From assembly GCA_951406725.2 (NCBI GenBank), contig OX597831.1:79670001-79734000 (forward strand): a stretch of 64,000 bases of DNA, read 5' to 3'. The notes beneath the pieces were generated by a model that was given only the letters and a program-made list of their open reading frames with translations, had not been told where the DNA came from and ran no database searches. The first letter of the stretch is position 1. Every line of letters starts with the position of its first letter. Shown one piece after another: positions 12,494 to 25,785 of the stretch. The stretch comes from Octopus vulgaris (lineage: Eukaryota). Position numbers and translations under genes: made by a program.

Positions 12494-14473
12494 ATGGCTA
12501 CTGGTCACCACGAGGCCAAGGCGTAAGTCAAGCGTGACGCCGAAACAAAAGAGCAAGATTCCCTTCCACTATACGCTGAACCTTACAGTTTGAACGCCAC
12601 TAGCACCACCACCACCGCCATCAGCATCAACAACTTAACAACTACAAAACCAAGGTCGCAAGGCCATTCACCGTCACCGCCACCAATGATTCCACCATCA
12701 ACACCGACACCCTCCTTACGACGTTGATTTCCCTACACCGCCTTCACCACAATTTCCTGAAGGAGGGGAGAAGGGGAAAAGCAACACAGGCGCAAGTGTG
12801 AGCATGGACGCTAACACCGCCACCGCCTCACAAAAACTGGTAAATAACCCGACGACAGCTTCACAGTCATCTTCTACTACTACCAACGACTCTGCCACAA
12901 ACATCACCACCAACACCACCACCACCACCTCCACAAAAACAAGACAAATTTCGCGGAGGCAATAAGACCGAAACGGAGAATTTTAAAATTTACTGCACAA
13001 CAAATACAGGAGACAAAATCTTTACTCACCAAAGAAGGCGACACAATACACCTAAATATTCCACGTAACATTTTGGAAGAGGCACAAAAGAAGACGATCA
13101 TCTATAAAATACTTAACACCAAAACAAAGAAACCAGAAAGCCCAGCTGCAGAAAAGATTGAGAAGTGCCTCTGTTTGGAAATTTCAAAATTATGTGAATT
13201 GGGGGTGTAAATTTGCTACCGTGCAAGTCCACTTCCATACGGAAGAATTAGAGAAGAAGTTTTCGACGCTTACTCTGCGCACAGACCAGGTAACAATGGT
13301 ACCTAGCTACCTTGGGCGCAGAGTAACGAAAATAACAATAAACAATTATTCCTCCAGAAGTGGATACCCAGTGGCTGGTGTCGACCATCTGCTTCGATAT
13401 AGAAGAAGCAGATATTTTAGAAATCGCCGACATTCCAGAGGAAAGCTGGACTGGTTTTTACCCGTCCAGCTTTCCTCTGGAATGTTGCTTGAAATGTTGC
13501 TTCAAATCTCTCAAGAAGCAATAAATAATTTACCAACCAGTGTTCAACAGACAAAAGACCAAAGATTGTATGCAGTGGTGGAGGGCAGGAAGCCAAGATG
13601 CTATTTGTGCAACAGTGAGGCACACTTTAGATATGATTGCCCAACTGCAGCCAGAAATAGGCCACAGCAACAGCAACCACTCCCAAAACCTGGAAGAAAC
13701 CCCTGCTACTCACACCACCTTCAACGCAAAAACAAGACAAACAGCAGACGACGCAAAAACTGTTTTTCCCCCACCAACCACATCACCAAGAAGAGAAACA
13801 ACACCATCACAATTACTTTCGACATCGCAGCCAACTAGAGAAACAACACCACCACCAACATCAAAAGACAGACCAACACCAACACCAGCACCAAGAACAA
13901 CAACCAAGAAAACAAATAACAATGACGAAAAGACAAATTCTGCCCCTTAAACCCCAGCAACACAAACACCACAAAAAACAACAACACCTTCTACAAACAT
14001 ACATATAGATGCAAACGCTTTGCCTTTACCCCCTTCTGATTCGTCAGATTTTTCGTCTAACGACGAAAGTTCGACAGAATGGCAAATAGCCACAGGGGTT
14101 AAAAGGAAAAGACTAAAAAAAACCACGAAACAAGCAAATACAGGTAAAGCAGGGAGATATATAACTCCTGACAGTCCCTTACACATTGAAACCAACAACA
14201 ACACCGCTAAATACAAAACTAATGAACCACATCGCATCTCACACAAACGTTTGTGAAGATGTCTATAAACTGAACAGCCATCCACGCACTACACCACCGA
14301 CACACATAAAAATAGTACACTTCACACAAACGCAGCACCACACAATCAAAACCCTCTTTCTAAATGGGGTGGGGGAATTCCAGAAGTATTTATACAAAAA
14401 ACTTTTTAAGAACCTCTCCAAAGACATCCCAAAAGAGGAGGAAACTACTCAAACTTTCGAAACAAGTAAGTAA
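12494..14473 (+). pseudogene. LINE ORF1 (gag-like) remnant
   Basis: VVEGRKPRCYLCNSEAHFRYDCP is a CX2CX4HX4C knuckle in the context typical of Tx1 ORF1, followed by a Pro/Thr-rich tail. The frame is broken by frameshifts and stops. Confidence 0.75.
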
Positions 14474-14529
14474 CCTTCCCTCTCGTCTCTTGCACTGTTG
14501 TGTGAAACACAAATTTTCGACCATGAATT

Positions 14530-17500
14530 ATGCTTAAATTAGGTTGTGTGAATGCGCGTGGCTTGGCGTCGGCTTGGAAGCAAGGTTACCTTCTAAATGA
14601 CATCAAATCACTGAACGTTGATATGGTAGCTATCAGTGAAACCAGACTCAGTAAGCTGCGGGCCCTCGCATCCATGTTTGGCAGTCAATTCGACATTTAT
14701 TTTTCTCCCTGTCTGCAAAGCATGGGTGGTAGTGGTACCGCGGTGCTTTTTCGAAAGAGTTTAAACGTAAAAGTAAGATCAATGTTCCTAGAACCGGAGG
14801 GTAGGCTGGTTGTCTTGGACGTGGATGTCAGAAATGGGTGTGCCTTCCGTCTGATGGCAGTGTATGGACCGTCCTTAACGGGTCGGGCGGATTTCTTCAG
14901 ACATCTAGAGGTTTTCCTGGTAACGTCTAGACTTTTACTGTTAGTAGGGGATTGGAACGCTACCTTGGACACGCATCTAGATTATGTGAGAATGGATAGT
15001 AAGAGAAGGGGATGTAAGTGCTTCAAAGACCTGCTCAGACGTTTCCATTTGTCTCGACCATCCGAATGTGCCAACGTGGACTTGGAAAAACCGCATCGGA
15101 TCGTCGAGATCGTATCTAGATAGAGTTCTATCTAGGACAGAGGATAGAGATAGTGTAGGATGTCCACAATTTAAAATTGTCAGCTACACAGATTACAAAT
15201 TTGTGACGTGTACGCTCGACTTAGATAAGACACATAGGCAGGGTCCCGGTTACTGGAAACTGAACACGCCGCTCTGAGCGCGGCAGGTTTACAGGAACCG
15301 GATTAGCGAGTTAATTAAGAGAGCGTTAACGGGAGCCATCGTTAACAACCGCCGGTGGTTTGCCCTGAAAATGGCAATAAAATCGGAATCAATTAGGTTT
15401 TGCAAGGAATTAGCGATACATCGAAATAGAGCAGAGGGAGACTTAGTTAAGAAACTAGAAGAGGCACTTACCACTGGCAGTGCAACCAACGTGATGGCTG
15501 CGAGGATGGCCCTCGAACAACACCTCAACGCCAAACACGAAGGTTGCGTCGTCAGAGCTGAAATGCGTGCCTTGAGGAACGAAGGGATCAAAGCTGCGCG
15601 AGAGGCCCGGGTAGCGGAGGCGCAACGTGGCAGCAGAGCCACCATTAGGTCTCTAGTAGATCAACAGGAATGCAATTTACTCGAACTCGAAAGGATGTGT
15701 GAGGCCTTTCAACAGCACTTTGCTCGACTGTTTGGTGTGAACGGTGGGTCGGAACGCAGGATGGACTTCAGTGCCTACCTGACCGGCCTGCCGCGGCTCT
15801 CGGCAAGAGAAGCAGAGTGTTGTGAGAGTCCCATCACAGCTGCCGACGTACGGGATGCGATGGCGGGCTGCGCGAGGGATAAGTCACCTGGTTTAGATGG
15901 TCTACCCTACGAGCTGTATTGTCAAATGCCAGACTTGTTTGGCGATCTCTTGGCATCAGTCTACTGCAACTGGCAACAAAACGGTAGAATCCCGGGTTTC
16001 GTGAGCCGAGGTGCAGTGACGTTGCTGAAGAAAGACCCAAACAAGGGGAATTTTATAGATAATTTCAGGCCCATCACTCTGCTCGACGCAGATTTGAAAA
16101 TTTTGGCCAAAGTAATAGCTGAGAGGTTGGCGCTTGTCATCGATAAGCTGATCGACAAGGCGCAAACATGCGCCGTGCCGGGCAGAACCATCCATGACAA
16201 CCTCCATCTGATGCGCTACATCGTGGACAGGGTAGTTAAGGATCCTGGCATGGGTGGGGCGCTGATCAATTTGGATCAGTCTAAAGCCTTCGATAGGGTC
16301 GACCATCGGTACCTGGCGGCCGTCCTCAGGGCGACTGGCTTCGGTCCCGTCTTCCGCGGTTGGATCGCTGCCTTGTATAGCGGCATCCGATCGGTAATTC
16401 GGGTGACCGGTCACTTGTCGAAAGCGTTTGACATCACGAGTTCGGTCCGTCAGGGATGTCCCCTGTCGGCGCTTCTGTATGTATTGACTCTCGATCCGCT
16501 ACTGCGGAAGATGGCGACACTGAGGGACATCCTACGGGAACTGGGTTGCGGGACGAGCGTGTCGGCATATGCGGACGATGTCACCGTCATAGTGTCGAGC
16601 GAAAAGCACATCGAGATGATAGGCGAGACACATTAAAAGAATACGAAACGGTGACGGAAGCGAACATTAACCCGGAAAAGTCAGTGGGTTTGCTACTCGG
16701 CACCTGGAAGCAAGCCCATACCGCCCAATAGCGACTCAGTAGACCGGTTAAATTGCTCGGGGTCTGGTTCAGTCCGGACCTCCAAATGGATAAGAACTGG
16801 AACGAGATCAAAAGTAGAGTGGTCGCTCTCAGCCAAACATGGGCCGAGAGAAATCTGTCTCTAAACGGTCGGGCGGAGGTGGCTAATGCGTATATCGCAT
16901 CAATCATCGATTACCGCCTGACCGTCGTGCCTTGTTCCGATGCAACCATCACGAAATTAGAACGCATAATCATTCGCTTCCTGTGGAAGGGTGGCGTTCT
17001 GATGGTGAGGCGATCCATTTGCTGTCAACATCCGTTAAATGGAGGACTGAGCATGCCGTGGTTAATGATGCGCAGGCATTCGCTGAGACTGCGGCATCTC
17101 TGGAACTTCATCGACGACGGTGAACAGGTGTGTGTGCCGTTTGTGAGGCGCGCCTTCCCGCAGCTCGTCTCACTGACCGAACTGCAAACATGGATCAGAA
17201 AGAGACCGAAACTGGGCGATTGGCACCGAGATTGTCGCCAAGCTCTACAGCAGCTCTGCTGCCCGGGATCAAACTTGTGCAGCTTCCAAACGACCAACGC
17301 GTTCTATAGAGGACTAGTGGAGGGGAGGTCCGACGACACACTCGGGGCAGATCTGAACGTCGACGAGAAATTCCTAACCCGCCTGTTCAGGACGACGTTC
17401 GGGCCAGGGCCTATGGATAACTTCCAAAGATCCCTGGCTTGGCAATGCTATCAGGACACACGACCAGTTCGAGAGAAGAGCTACAGACACGGTTCGAAGA

Positions 17501-17934
17501 CCACCGGACCGACTTGTCCGAGATGCGGTCAGAGCGACGAAACCGTTCTGCACGCACTCGTGCAGTGTCCAGATATTTCACAGCTGCGGACCTTCGGCGA
17601 ACAGCTGGTGTAACGTGTGGGGAAGGTCCGCTTATCAGACGAGTCTATCGTCAATATTCTTCCGCCACCTTCCTTTAAACGGGAAAGAAAAACGTTTTTC
17701 GTAACCCTGATAGCTATGGCGAAAGAATGCGTGTGGTGGACGCGTTTGAAAGGCCTACATACAAACACTTTCCTCCCTGGTCAGTCTCTCGTCAACTTTT
17801 TCAAGTACCACTTGAAAAGGAGGATGAAAATAGAGAGGAAAGTATTGTCGAATGAAAGTTTCAATAAAAAATGGGTAAATGTGGCAAGAATGGTCAGTAT
17901 GAAAGACGACACCATTTTAAGCGTAAATCTGTAA
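14530..17934 (+). pseudogene. LINE ORF2: AP endonuclease, reverse transcriptase and C-terminal zinc finger, disrupted
   Basis: APE motifs NARGL, ISET, GDWN, SYLDR and GPGYWKLN; RT motifs KSPGLDG, FRPITLL, LDQSKAFDRV, VRQGCPLS and AYADD; C-terminal CPRCGQSDETVLHALVQC. Split over five ORFs. Confidence 0.95.
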
Positions 17935-18053
17935 CAAAAGAGAAAACGAGAGGCAAGGTACTTACTCTTATGGACATTAGGAACTGCCTTGGTCTTTTTT
18001 TTAGGTTTTTCTTTCCTGTAAACAATATCGTTTCCCGCCCCCCTTTTTTGGGA

Positions 18054-18084
<31 letters not shown>

Positions 18085-18240
18085 GTCTTTCCTTTTTTGT
18101 ACATAACACAGCCCAACGATCCCTATTGATCGGACTTTTTCTTTTATGTGTGCCACCCATCCCACCTCGAAAAGAAAAACTCTACATTGTATTTCGTCTG
18201 TTTTCTGTGTTTAGCCCCGTGTGGCCATAATAAAAACATA

Positions 18241-18577
18241 TCTTACTATAATGGACGTTATATCTGTTTTTCTGTCTATCTGTCCATCTGTCCGTCTGTC
18301 TGTCTGTTCCCTCTTCACGGTCAAACCACTGGACCAATGGTCACGATGTTTTTTCTGGGATTACGAAGGAGATAATCAGGAAGGTTTTTAGAGAATGTGA
18401 AATATAGTGACAATGAGTTTTGTATCAATAAATCACCTTTGATTTCTTTTTTGTTAAAATTCCGACGACAAGGATTAACTCTGGACCGCGCTCTTCCGGT
18501 GTAGTTCGTGAATTTAGAGAGTTTATATTTGCGACATTATTCCTTCATTTCCCACCGTAGACGGGCAGATTTTGCTA
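18241..18577 (+). mobile_element. Non-autonomous Helitron-like element, copy 1
   Basis: A|TCTTACTATAATGG 5' end, a GTCT/GTCC tract and a subterminal GC-rich CCCACCGTAGACGGG followed by TTTGCTA. Confidence 0.65.
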
Positions 18578-19720
18578 TCTTACTATAATGGAAGTTATGT
18601 CCGTATGTCTGTCCGTCTCTTTGTCCGTTCCCGCTTCACAGCCAGACGGCTGGACCGGTGGTTATAATATTTTTCAGGATTACGAAGACGATCGTCAGGA
18701 AGGTTTTTAGCATTAAAAAATCAGAAAGCAGGATTATTTCGTGGATATCGATTTTTGAATTGCTAAATCATCTTCGCATTTTTATTTAAAATTCACCGAC
18801 CACGAGTAACTCTGGATTTTTATCGTATAGCTCGTAGCCCCATCGTAGATACAAAGGGGGTCGCGAGGACGGTTAATAGCGAGAATAAAATGGAAAAAGT
18901 GTGTGTCAGTATATAGTGTGTGTGATTATTTAGTGGTTATTGAAGTGTGTCAGTCTCGAGCAGGATTCGAAACGGCTAATCGAAGCGGCTGTTGTTTACA
19001 TATAAGTTTTGTCAAGCAATATAACCCATGGTACCAGAACATCCAGACATTATTCATATAGAACAGTGAGGGGTAAGAATTAGTTTGATTTTTTTGCAAC
19101 CCTAAAGATTCTGCTCGCGCATTCACAGCAAATAAGGCACAGGGCTAGACTTAAGATCGTGTAGGTGTATTGTTACCTTATCCGATGTATACACACGGCC
19201 AGTTATACGTCGCTATGAGTAGAGTAAAAGACTCCAGTAATTTGAAAATTAATGTCGATTAAACAGAAAATATCGTCTACAAAGAAGTTTTGTAATCATA
19301 TTGATATTATCAAAAGGAATAGGATTCGTAATTTAAATAAGGAAATTTGTGAACTTTGAATGTATAAGAGTATGAACAACTGAAATAAAAGTATATTTAA
19401 ATAACATTTTTTCTTAATACTTTTTATGTAGTGGTCGAAGGAAACTCTGGCTTTCGTTAGGAGTGGTCCACATAACCATTCGTGATGCAGAGGCTGGGAG
19501 CTATTTAAGTTCGGGAGTGAATCGTCATCACATGTCACTTAGTCGCAAACATGTCATATAACTGCAACAGAATGCTGTATCACCAACAATAATGTGATTT
19601 CTCTAAGACATCACCCAGTAATCTATCAAAGTCCATTTACACGTTTCTCAATACACATATTGCTGTTATGACTTTCCTCCTTCGTTTTATGTCTCCATCG
19701 TAAATGGGTAGATTTGCTAG
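18578..19720 (+). mobile_element. Non-autonomous Helitron-like element, copy 2 (longer)
   Basis: Same TCTTACTATAATGG start and homologous first ~260 bp; ends TCCATCGTAAATGGGTAGATTTGCTAG|T (CTRR terminus). Confidence 0.7.
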
Positions 19721-19910
19721 TAACTAGAGATGGTTCTGATGAAAGTAGCATTAATTTTCTTGGGTCGTTCAATTCGCGTCTATTTATTAATAGACCAATT
19801 GAGTAAACCTATCAGTAATGTACCTATGATGACCACCGGAAACAGCTGTAAGCCATTTCTGCTCCAATACAGAAATAATAAGTCATGGCCATTATCTTTA
19901 ATTTGTTTCT

Positions 19911-20051
<141 letters not shown>

Positions 20052-20184
20052 CTAGCTAGCTAGATAGATAGATAATTAGATATTTACTCATCCTATCTTT
20101 CTTTCGCCTTCCTCTTCTTTTTCCCTTACTTTCTCTCCTACCATAATCTCGTACTCACTCTCCTCTCCACCCCTCCTCCTGTCC

Positions 20185-20228
<44 letters not shown>

Positions 20229-20616
20229 TCTCCCCCACATATACTCTTTATCACGCTGACAAATTAATTCTCTCACTCTCATCTACCGTATACATCTGTC
20301 AATTTTGTCAAGTATTATGCTCTATGTGACTAGAAACGTGACGTGTGGCCCCACCTACCCTAAACAATTTCACCATTGTCATCATCATCATCATCGTCAT
20401 CATCATCGTCATCATCGTCGCCATGAACACAGCTAGCGCGCTCCTGGTCGTTATGTCGATGTCGTCATTGCCCCACCACCACCACCACCACCGCCACACC
20501 GTCATCACTGTTGACACATTGGAGGTAGCAGCGATAGTGGCATGTTTCACCGACACTGCCTTAAATCCGCCATTTATCACCAACAGCTAATACAAGAACT
20601 CACAACACGTCTCATG

Positions 20617-20709
<93 letters not shown>

Positions 20710-20732
20710 CAACAATAATAATAATAATAATG

Positions 20733-20775
<43 letters not shown>

Positions 20776-20829
20776 CAACAATAATAATAATAATAATAAT
20801 AATGATTATAATAATAATAAAAATAATAT

Positions 20830-21050
20830 TGATAATCCTTTCTACTATAGGCACAAGGCCAAAAATTTGGCGGGAGGAGATAAGTTGTTTACTTTGACCC
20901 CAGTGCGTAACTGGTACTTAATTTTTTTTTTTCGAAACCGGAAAGGATGAAAGGCAAAATCGACCTCGACAGAATTTGAACTTATGGACGTAAAGACGAA
21001 CGAAATGTCGGTAAGATTTTGCCCGGCACTCTATCGATTCTGCCACTCAC
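20830..21050 (-). mobile_element. SINE family A, short tail
   Basis: CTTTCTACTATAGGCACAAGGCC tail next to (AAT)n, and core GAAAGGATGAAAGGCAAAATCGACC. Confidence 0.8.
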
Positions 21051-21090
21051 TAAATTCATAGAACTACTAATACTACTACTGCAGCAGCTG

Positions 21091-21131
<41 letters not shown>

Positions 21132-21264
21132 GCAGCTGCTACTACTACTACTACTACTACTACTTATGCTACTACTACTACTACTACTACTACTGCAGCT
21201 GTTGTTACTACTACTACTACTGCAGTTGCTGCTACTACTACTACTGAGGAGGAGGAAGAGGAGT

Positions 21265-21502
21265 ATATCTATTTCTTTACTGTCCACAAGGGGTTAAACA
21301 CAGAGTGGACAAACAAGGACAGACAAACGGATTAAGTCGATTACATCGACCCCAGTGCATAACTGGTACGTAATTTATCGACCGCGAAAGGATAAAAGGC
21401 AAAGTCGACCTCGGCGGAATTTGAACTCAGAACGTAACGGCAGACGAAATACGGCTGCGCATTTCGTCCGGCGTGCTAACGTTTCTGCCAGCTCGCCGCC
21501 TT
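21265..21502 (-). mobile_element. SINE family A, long tail, full length
   Basis: Reverse complement of the unit at 61038-61271. Confidence 0.85.
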
Positions 21503-21759
21503 GTGGGAGGATATTTATCGTCCCTAATAGGATTTACAAAATTTACCAAAGCGGTATTTGAACTCATAGTTTAAAAAACCAGATCAATTTTCGCAATGCA
21601 TTTTATCGTAATGCTCTGACGAGGGTGACGATTCGCCACATTTCCCTGAATGTATTATAGTTAAATACCATACGACAGGGTCACCTGGCCCGCAAACAAA
21701 GTCAGCAACAACAGTCATCGTGAGATCGTACGGATGAGAAAGCGAAAGAGGGATCTGAA

Positions 21760-22235
21760 CAAGATCAAGAGGAGATAGATTGGCATTATGCAGCAGCAAA
21801 GGCGGCTGTCAAACGATTGATAAGAAGCCCTCCAATGCAGCGTGAACGGTTGCGAAAGGTTTACGGTGAACGAGGAGAAAAGTTCAATCGCATCGAGGAA
21901 CGACAGTTGACTCGCCAAGAACAAGTCACGCTTAGCAGCATTGCGAAGCGGCCACCATCCGGGTTTGAGAAGCTGGCAGCACAAGATTGGAGGAATTGAG
22001 GACCATATATGCCGCAATTGCAAAATGGGTGAAGAAACGGGAGAACACTTGATGTTGGAGATCCATCCGTCGATCCGCGGTCAGCTGACGGACCCCGAGG
22101 CGATTGCGAAGGAGACCAGATTGGCACTCAAGGTGTGGAAGAAATGGCTGAGGATGGCGGAGAAGCAGGTGGTGAGTGAGGAGCAGCACTAACCAACTAT
22201 ACAGCAGGTAGTTGCTAAACAACAACAACAACAAC
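21760..22235 (+). mobile_element. 3' end of an I/Nimb/Ingi-like LINE
   Basis: R.EQVTL...LRSGHHPGLRSWQHKIG.....CRNCKMGEETGEHLMLE gives an LR(S/T)GH motif and a C-terminal zinc-finger motif. A stop at 22192 is followed by a short UTR and a (CAA)n tail. Confidence 0.7.
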
Positions 22236-22504
22236 ATTTTTCAATGATGATTCCTTGTGGAAAATTTCAACGTTTACTGTTAAAACAGTCACAAACCTCG
22301 ACACCGAAGACAAACTAGATCAGTCTCACTATGCGACTGGATGTATCCGAAACATTGGGATTTCCTCTTTTGTCCCCCAATTTTTGTTCATTTCATGACA
22401 GGAAAACAAAATGATTGGGTGAATACGTAGTTGGACTACTTTCTACAACTGCTCGTAGGTATGTGTTCAATCTCGATTAGCCTGGGGTTGAACACCAGCA
22501 ACGG

Positions 22505-22897
22505 TGGAGGTGCAAAGGCCCAGTGGTTAGGGCAGCGGACTCGCGGTTGGAGGATCGCGGTTTCGGTTCCCAGACCGCGCGTTGTGTGTGTTTATTGAGC
22601 GAAAACACCTAAAGCTCCACGAGGCTCCGGCAGGGGGTGAGGGCAGCGACCCCCTGTTGTACTCTTTCACCCCAACTATCTCCCACTCTTTCTTCCTGTT
22701 TCTTGTCCCCGACTTCCTACGCAACCGTTGAGCCTGGATGCGCATCCATCCATCCGTCGATGCTCTCGGTGTCGGGGGTTGACCTGCTTTCTCTTCTGCG
22801 GGTCTTACGAATAGCAAAAGACCACGTTTCGGACTTCTCCCACGACAGAGCTCTGGGATGAAGACCGCAACAGCAACACCAACAACGACAACAGCAA
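22505..22897 (+). mobile_element. tRNA-derived SINE family C, tail type 1
   Basis: TGGAGG..GGCCCAGTGGTTAGGGCAGCGGACT...GGTTTCGGTTCCC tRNA-like head; tail shared with 45844-46214. Confidence 0.85.
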
Positions 22898-23059
22898 GGA
22901 GTGCGCCGCAACAGTGATGTCTTATATATATACACCCGTCTACTCTATAAAGCATCAAACTCACATACATTGTTATTACACTCTACAACACCAATATATA
23001 CACACACACACACACAACCTCCACCCCACATCTGTATATATGTATGTTTATATGAATGT

Positions 23060-23195
23060 GTTTATGTCTCCATAACTTAGCGATTCGGCAAATGAGGCTG
23101 ATTGAACAAATACAAAGCTTTGAAAAATAAGTACCAGGGTCGATTCGTTCGACTGAAATTCTCCATGGCCGTGCTCCAGCATGGTTGAAACAAGA
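23060..23195 (+). mobile_element. SINE family B 3' fragment
   Basis: AACTTAGCGATTCGGCAAA...GTGCTCCAGCATGG...GAAACAAG. Confidence 0.65.
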
Positions 23196-23224
23196 AAGAG
23201 ATAAGATACATGCACACATGCTTA

Positions 23225-23590
23225 CAAATATAAATATCTCTTTGAAAATCAAAGAAAAAGAGGAAAATCATGGACAACTGCTTCGAAACCTCCAGTTTCT
23301 ATATCCAGACTATGAATTCATATTCATACCAATAATAACTGGAGCACTAGGTTTTGTTAGTAAAGGAGAATCTGGATAAGGTGGGATTTTCAGAAAGAGA
23401 AATTGACCAATTGATTCGTACATTACAAGTGCAATCTGTGAGTGGAACAGTAAAAATATGCAAGACTTTTCTCAAGTTCCAAATGTGAATTTGTCTGTGT
23501 TAACTACATCCCAAAGATAGAGCCTTGTATCTTTGTTGGAAACCGGCTCCCTCCTCAGTGGAAGATTTATAATCATTAAAAAATAGAAGA
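23225..23590 (+). mobile_element. 3' end of a restriction-like-endonuclease LINE (R4/Dong-like)
   Basis: KIKEKEENHGQL...FIPIITGALG.../...LQVQSVSGTVKICKTFL matches the RLE C-terminal K..KY..L...P(I/V)(I/V)IGALG pattern. A similar 3' UTR occurs at ~31860-31975. Confidence 0.65.
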
Positions 23591-23614
23591 CACATACATA
23601 CATATATGTGTGTA

Positions 23615-23661
<47 letters not shown>

Positions 23662-23667
23662 GTGTAT

Positions 23668-23722
<55 letters not shown>

Positions 23723-23737
23723 CATATGTATACATAG

Positions 23738-23960
23738 GGAGATTTCACGAAAAAAAAAACAAAAGACGAAAACAGGGGGTGTATAAAACAAACAGATGTA
23801 TTAGTATAACGCTTAGGAATAGAAAAGGTCTTTTACGTTTCGAGCCTACGCTCTTCTACAGAAAGGGACACAGAAAAAAACAAGGAGAGAAAGGAGAGGA
23901 AAAGAAGAGAAAAAAGGAGAGAAAAAATGTGTAGTAGCTAACGATCTATCATGGCAACTG
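23738..23960 (-). mobile_element. Short Penelope-associated repeat with a degenerate hammerhead (23830-23865)
   Basis: Minus strand: CTTT CTGTAGA A GAGC gtag GCTC GAAA CG TA AAAG; homologous to 49708-49744. Confidence 0.55.
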
Positions 23961-24064
23961 ATATACATACATATATACATACATACACACACACACACAT
24001 ATATATATATATATCATACATATTCATACATATATATATATATGTGTGCGTGCGTGTGTGTGTG

Positions 24065-24108
<44 letters not shown>

Positions 24109-24109
24109 A

Positions 24110-24345
24110 AGGGTGAAAAGGAACACACGAGTTGATATATATGAAAAAACAAGTCAAAAATAGAAAATGCTAAAATAATTTTATAGTGAACATTTTAGTA
24201 CCGGTTTCGGTCATTTTGAGACCTTTTCAACTGTAACGATTAAATAATTAAATTTAGAAAAATTAGAAGAAAAGTTTTTTTAAAGGAATATTTCTATAGT
24301 AGTGTTCAGATTTAAGTGGCATTCTGCCTTTCTCTGACTCCCTTG
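24110..24345 (-). mobile_element. Short repeat with a degenerate hammerhead (24196-24233)
   Basis: Minus strand: CAG TTGAAAA GGTC..GACC GAAA CCGG TA CTA. A second copy lies at 53580-53805. Confidence 0.55.
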
Positions 24346-25210
24346 TATATATATATATACATGCATATTCACTAATATGATCTGTATATACCCCATAAGT
24401 GTATATAACATCTCTATGTTATACTCATTTGCATTACATTGTGCTACACCAAGATATCATATACGCCAGGTTCTCCCTATATAGAACACCAACATATTCT
24501 ATACATCCCCTTATCAACCACTAGCATGATCTATATACGCCCTATCACTCTATACACCTTCTCATCAATCTATATACCCACATTAACGTCCCTAACAACG
24601 AAGACATTTCTCGGACTTCGGGGTTGTGCGTGATTCCCCTTATTCTGGTTTGATAGATATTTTTAACCTTCACCTTAGCCAGGGAAGGAAGTGTGGGGAC
24701 GAGAGAATAGTTCGTGAATGTTGTGTGTGGTATGGGGAAGGGGCAGCATAGAACACACAGATTTTTCTATACGTAGCAAAACTATACACACGCACTTAGG
24801 CATATATATATATATATACATATGTATGTACATTCATACACAGTAACGTTTAACGTCAACCAAGAAACGCAGACAGATACATACACACGAATATCTATTC
24901 GTCAAAGGTGAGCTTTTACACAGAAGATACTTGGGAAAAGAACAAATCGCATGTAATGATAGATTGACACACGCAGACAAGCATAATATACTATTTGTTG
25001 TACGCAAACCAATTTACAATAATAAATACATATAGCATATATTAAAATGGCGCCCATTAAGAAATAAAAAGTACATATGTGTGCCCGCACGCGTGTGTGT
25101 GTGTGTGAGTCTGTGTCTGTATCTGTGTCTGTGGGTCTGTGCGTGTATGTACTGCTATAAATAGAAATACACACGGGCACACATACATTCATGCATATGT
25201 TCATACATAC

Positions 25211-25291
<81 letters not shown>

Positions 25292-25301
25292 ATATATATA
25301 C

Positions 25302-25425
25302 GTTGGCCTGCTCGCTTAACCAGCGGGGTGGCGTAATTTGAAGGCTAAAACAATTCGAAGCGCATTGTGACCAGCGATGTCTTGTAACATCTGATAGCCT
25401 GGTCGGTCATGGTGATCACGGTGAT
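25302..25425 (+). mobile_element. Isolated family C type-3 tail
   Basis: GTTGGCCTGCTCGCTTAACCAGCGGGGTGGCG...CACGGTGAT matches 52381-52504. Confidence 0.8.
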
Positions 25426-25735
25426 ATATATACATATATGCACCTAAAATTATTATTATCATTATTAAATGATAATATCAGTAGCTGGCATGTATTAAAA
25501 ACGGTAGAGGTAAAAATTAATACAAATGTACGATTATATATAAATATATATAATTACAATGAAGGATGCTGGGAAAAGTACCAGCATGCTAGAAAAAGAC
25601 GTCAAAAGACCCCAAATCACCCAGGTCATTTATATGCACTGGTGAAAGCAGGGAATGAGCAAAAGAAGCCTACGTTTGGTGAATAAAAATCACAAGTAAT
25701 AAACAAATGATCCCATATCGATCAATTTCAGGCCC

Positions 25736-25785
<50 letters not shown>

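Larger units (their letters stand above)
12184..18236 (+). mobile_element. Near full-length Tx1/L1-clade non-LTR retrotransposon, inactivated
   Basis: ORF1 remnant, then APE-RT-zinc-finger ORF2, then a 3' UTR ending in AATAAAAA. ACATA is a possible short TSD. The 5' boundary is uncertain. Confidence 0.9.

Noticed and set aside
15371-16636. 421-aa RT ORF as a functional or domesticated gene
   Set aside because: It is a fragment of LINE ORF2 bounded by stops and frameshifts, and it breaks shortly after the YADD motif.
21590-21750. Possible Pif1/Helitron helicase fragment (FPECIIVKY)
   Set aside because: Too short and without supporting motifs.
22505-22580. tRNA gene-like sequences (also at 52195, 62426 and 58915)
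   Set aside because: They have A/B boxes but continue into shared repeat bodies and lack a proper acceptor stem and terminator, so they are SINE heads.
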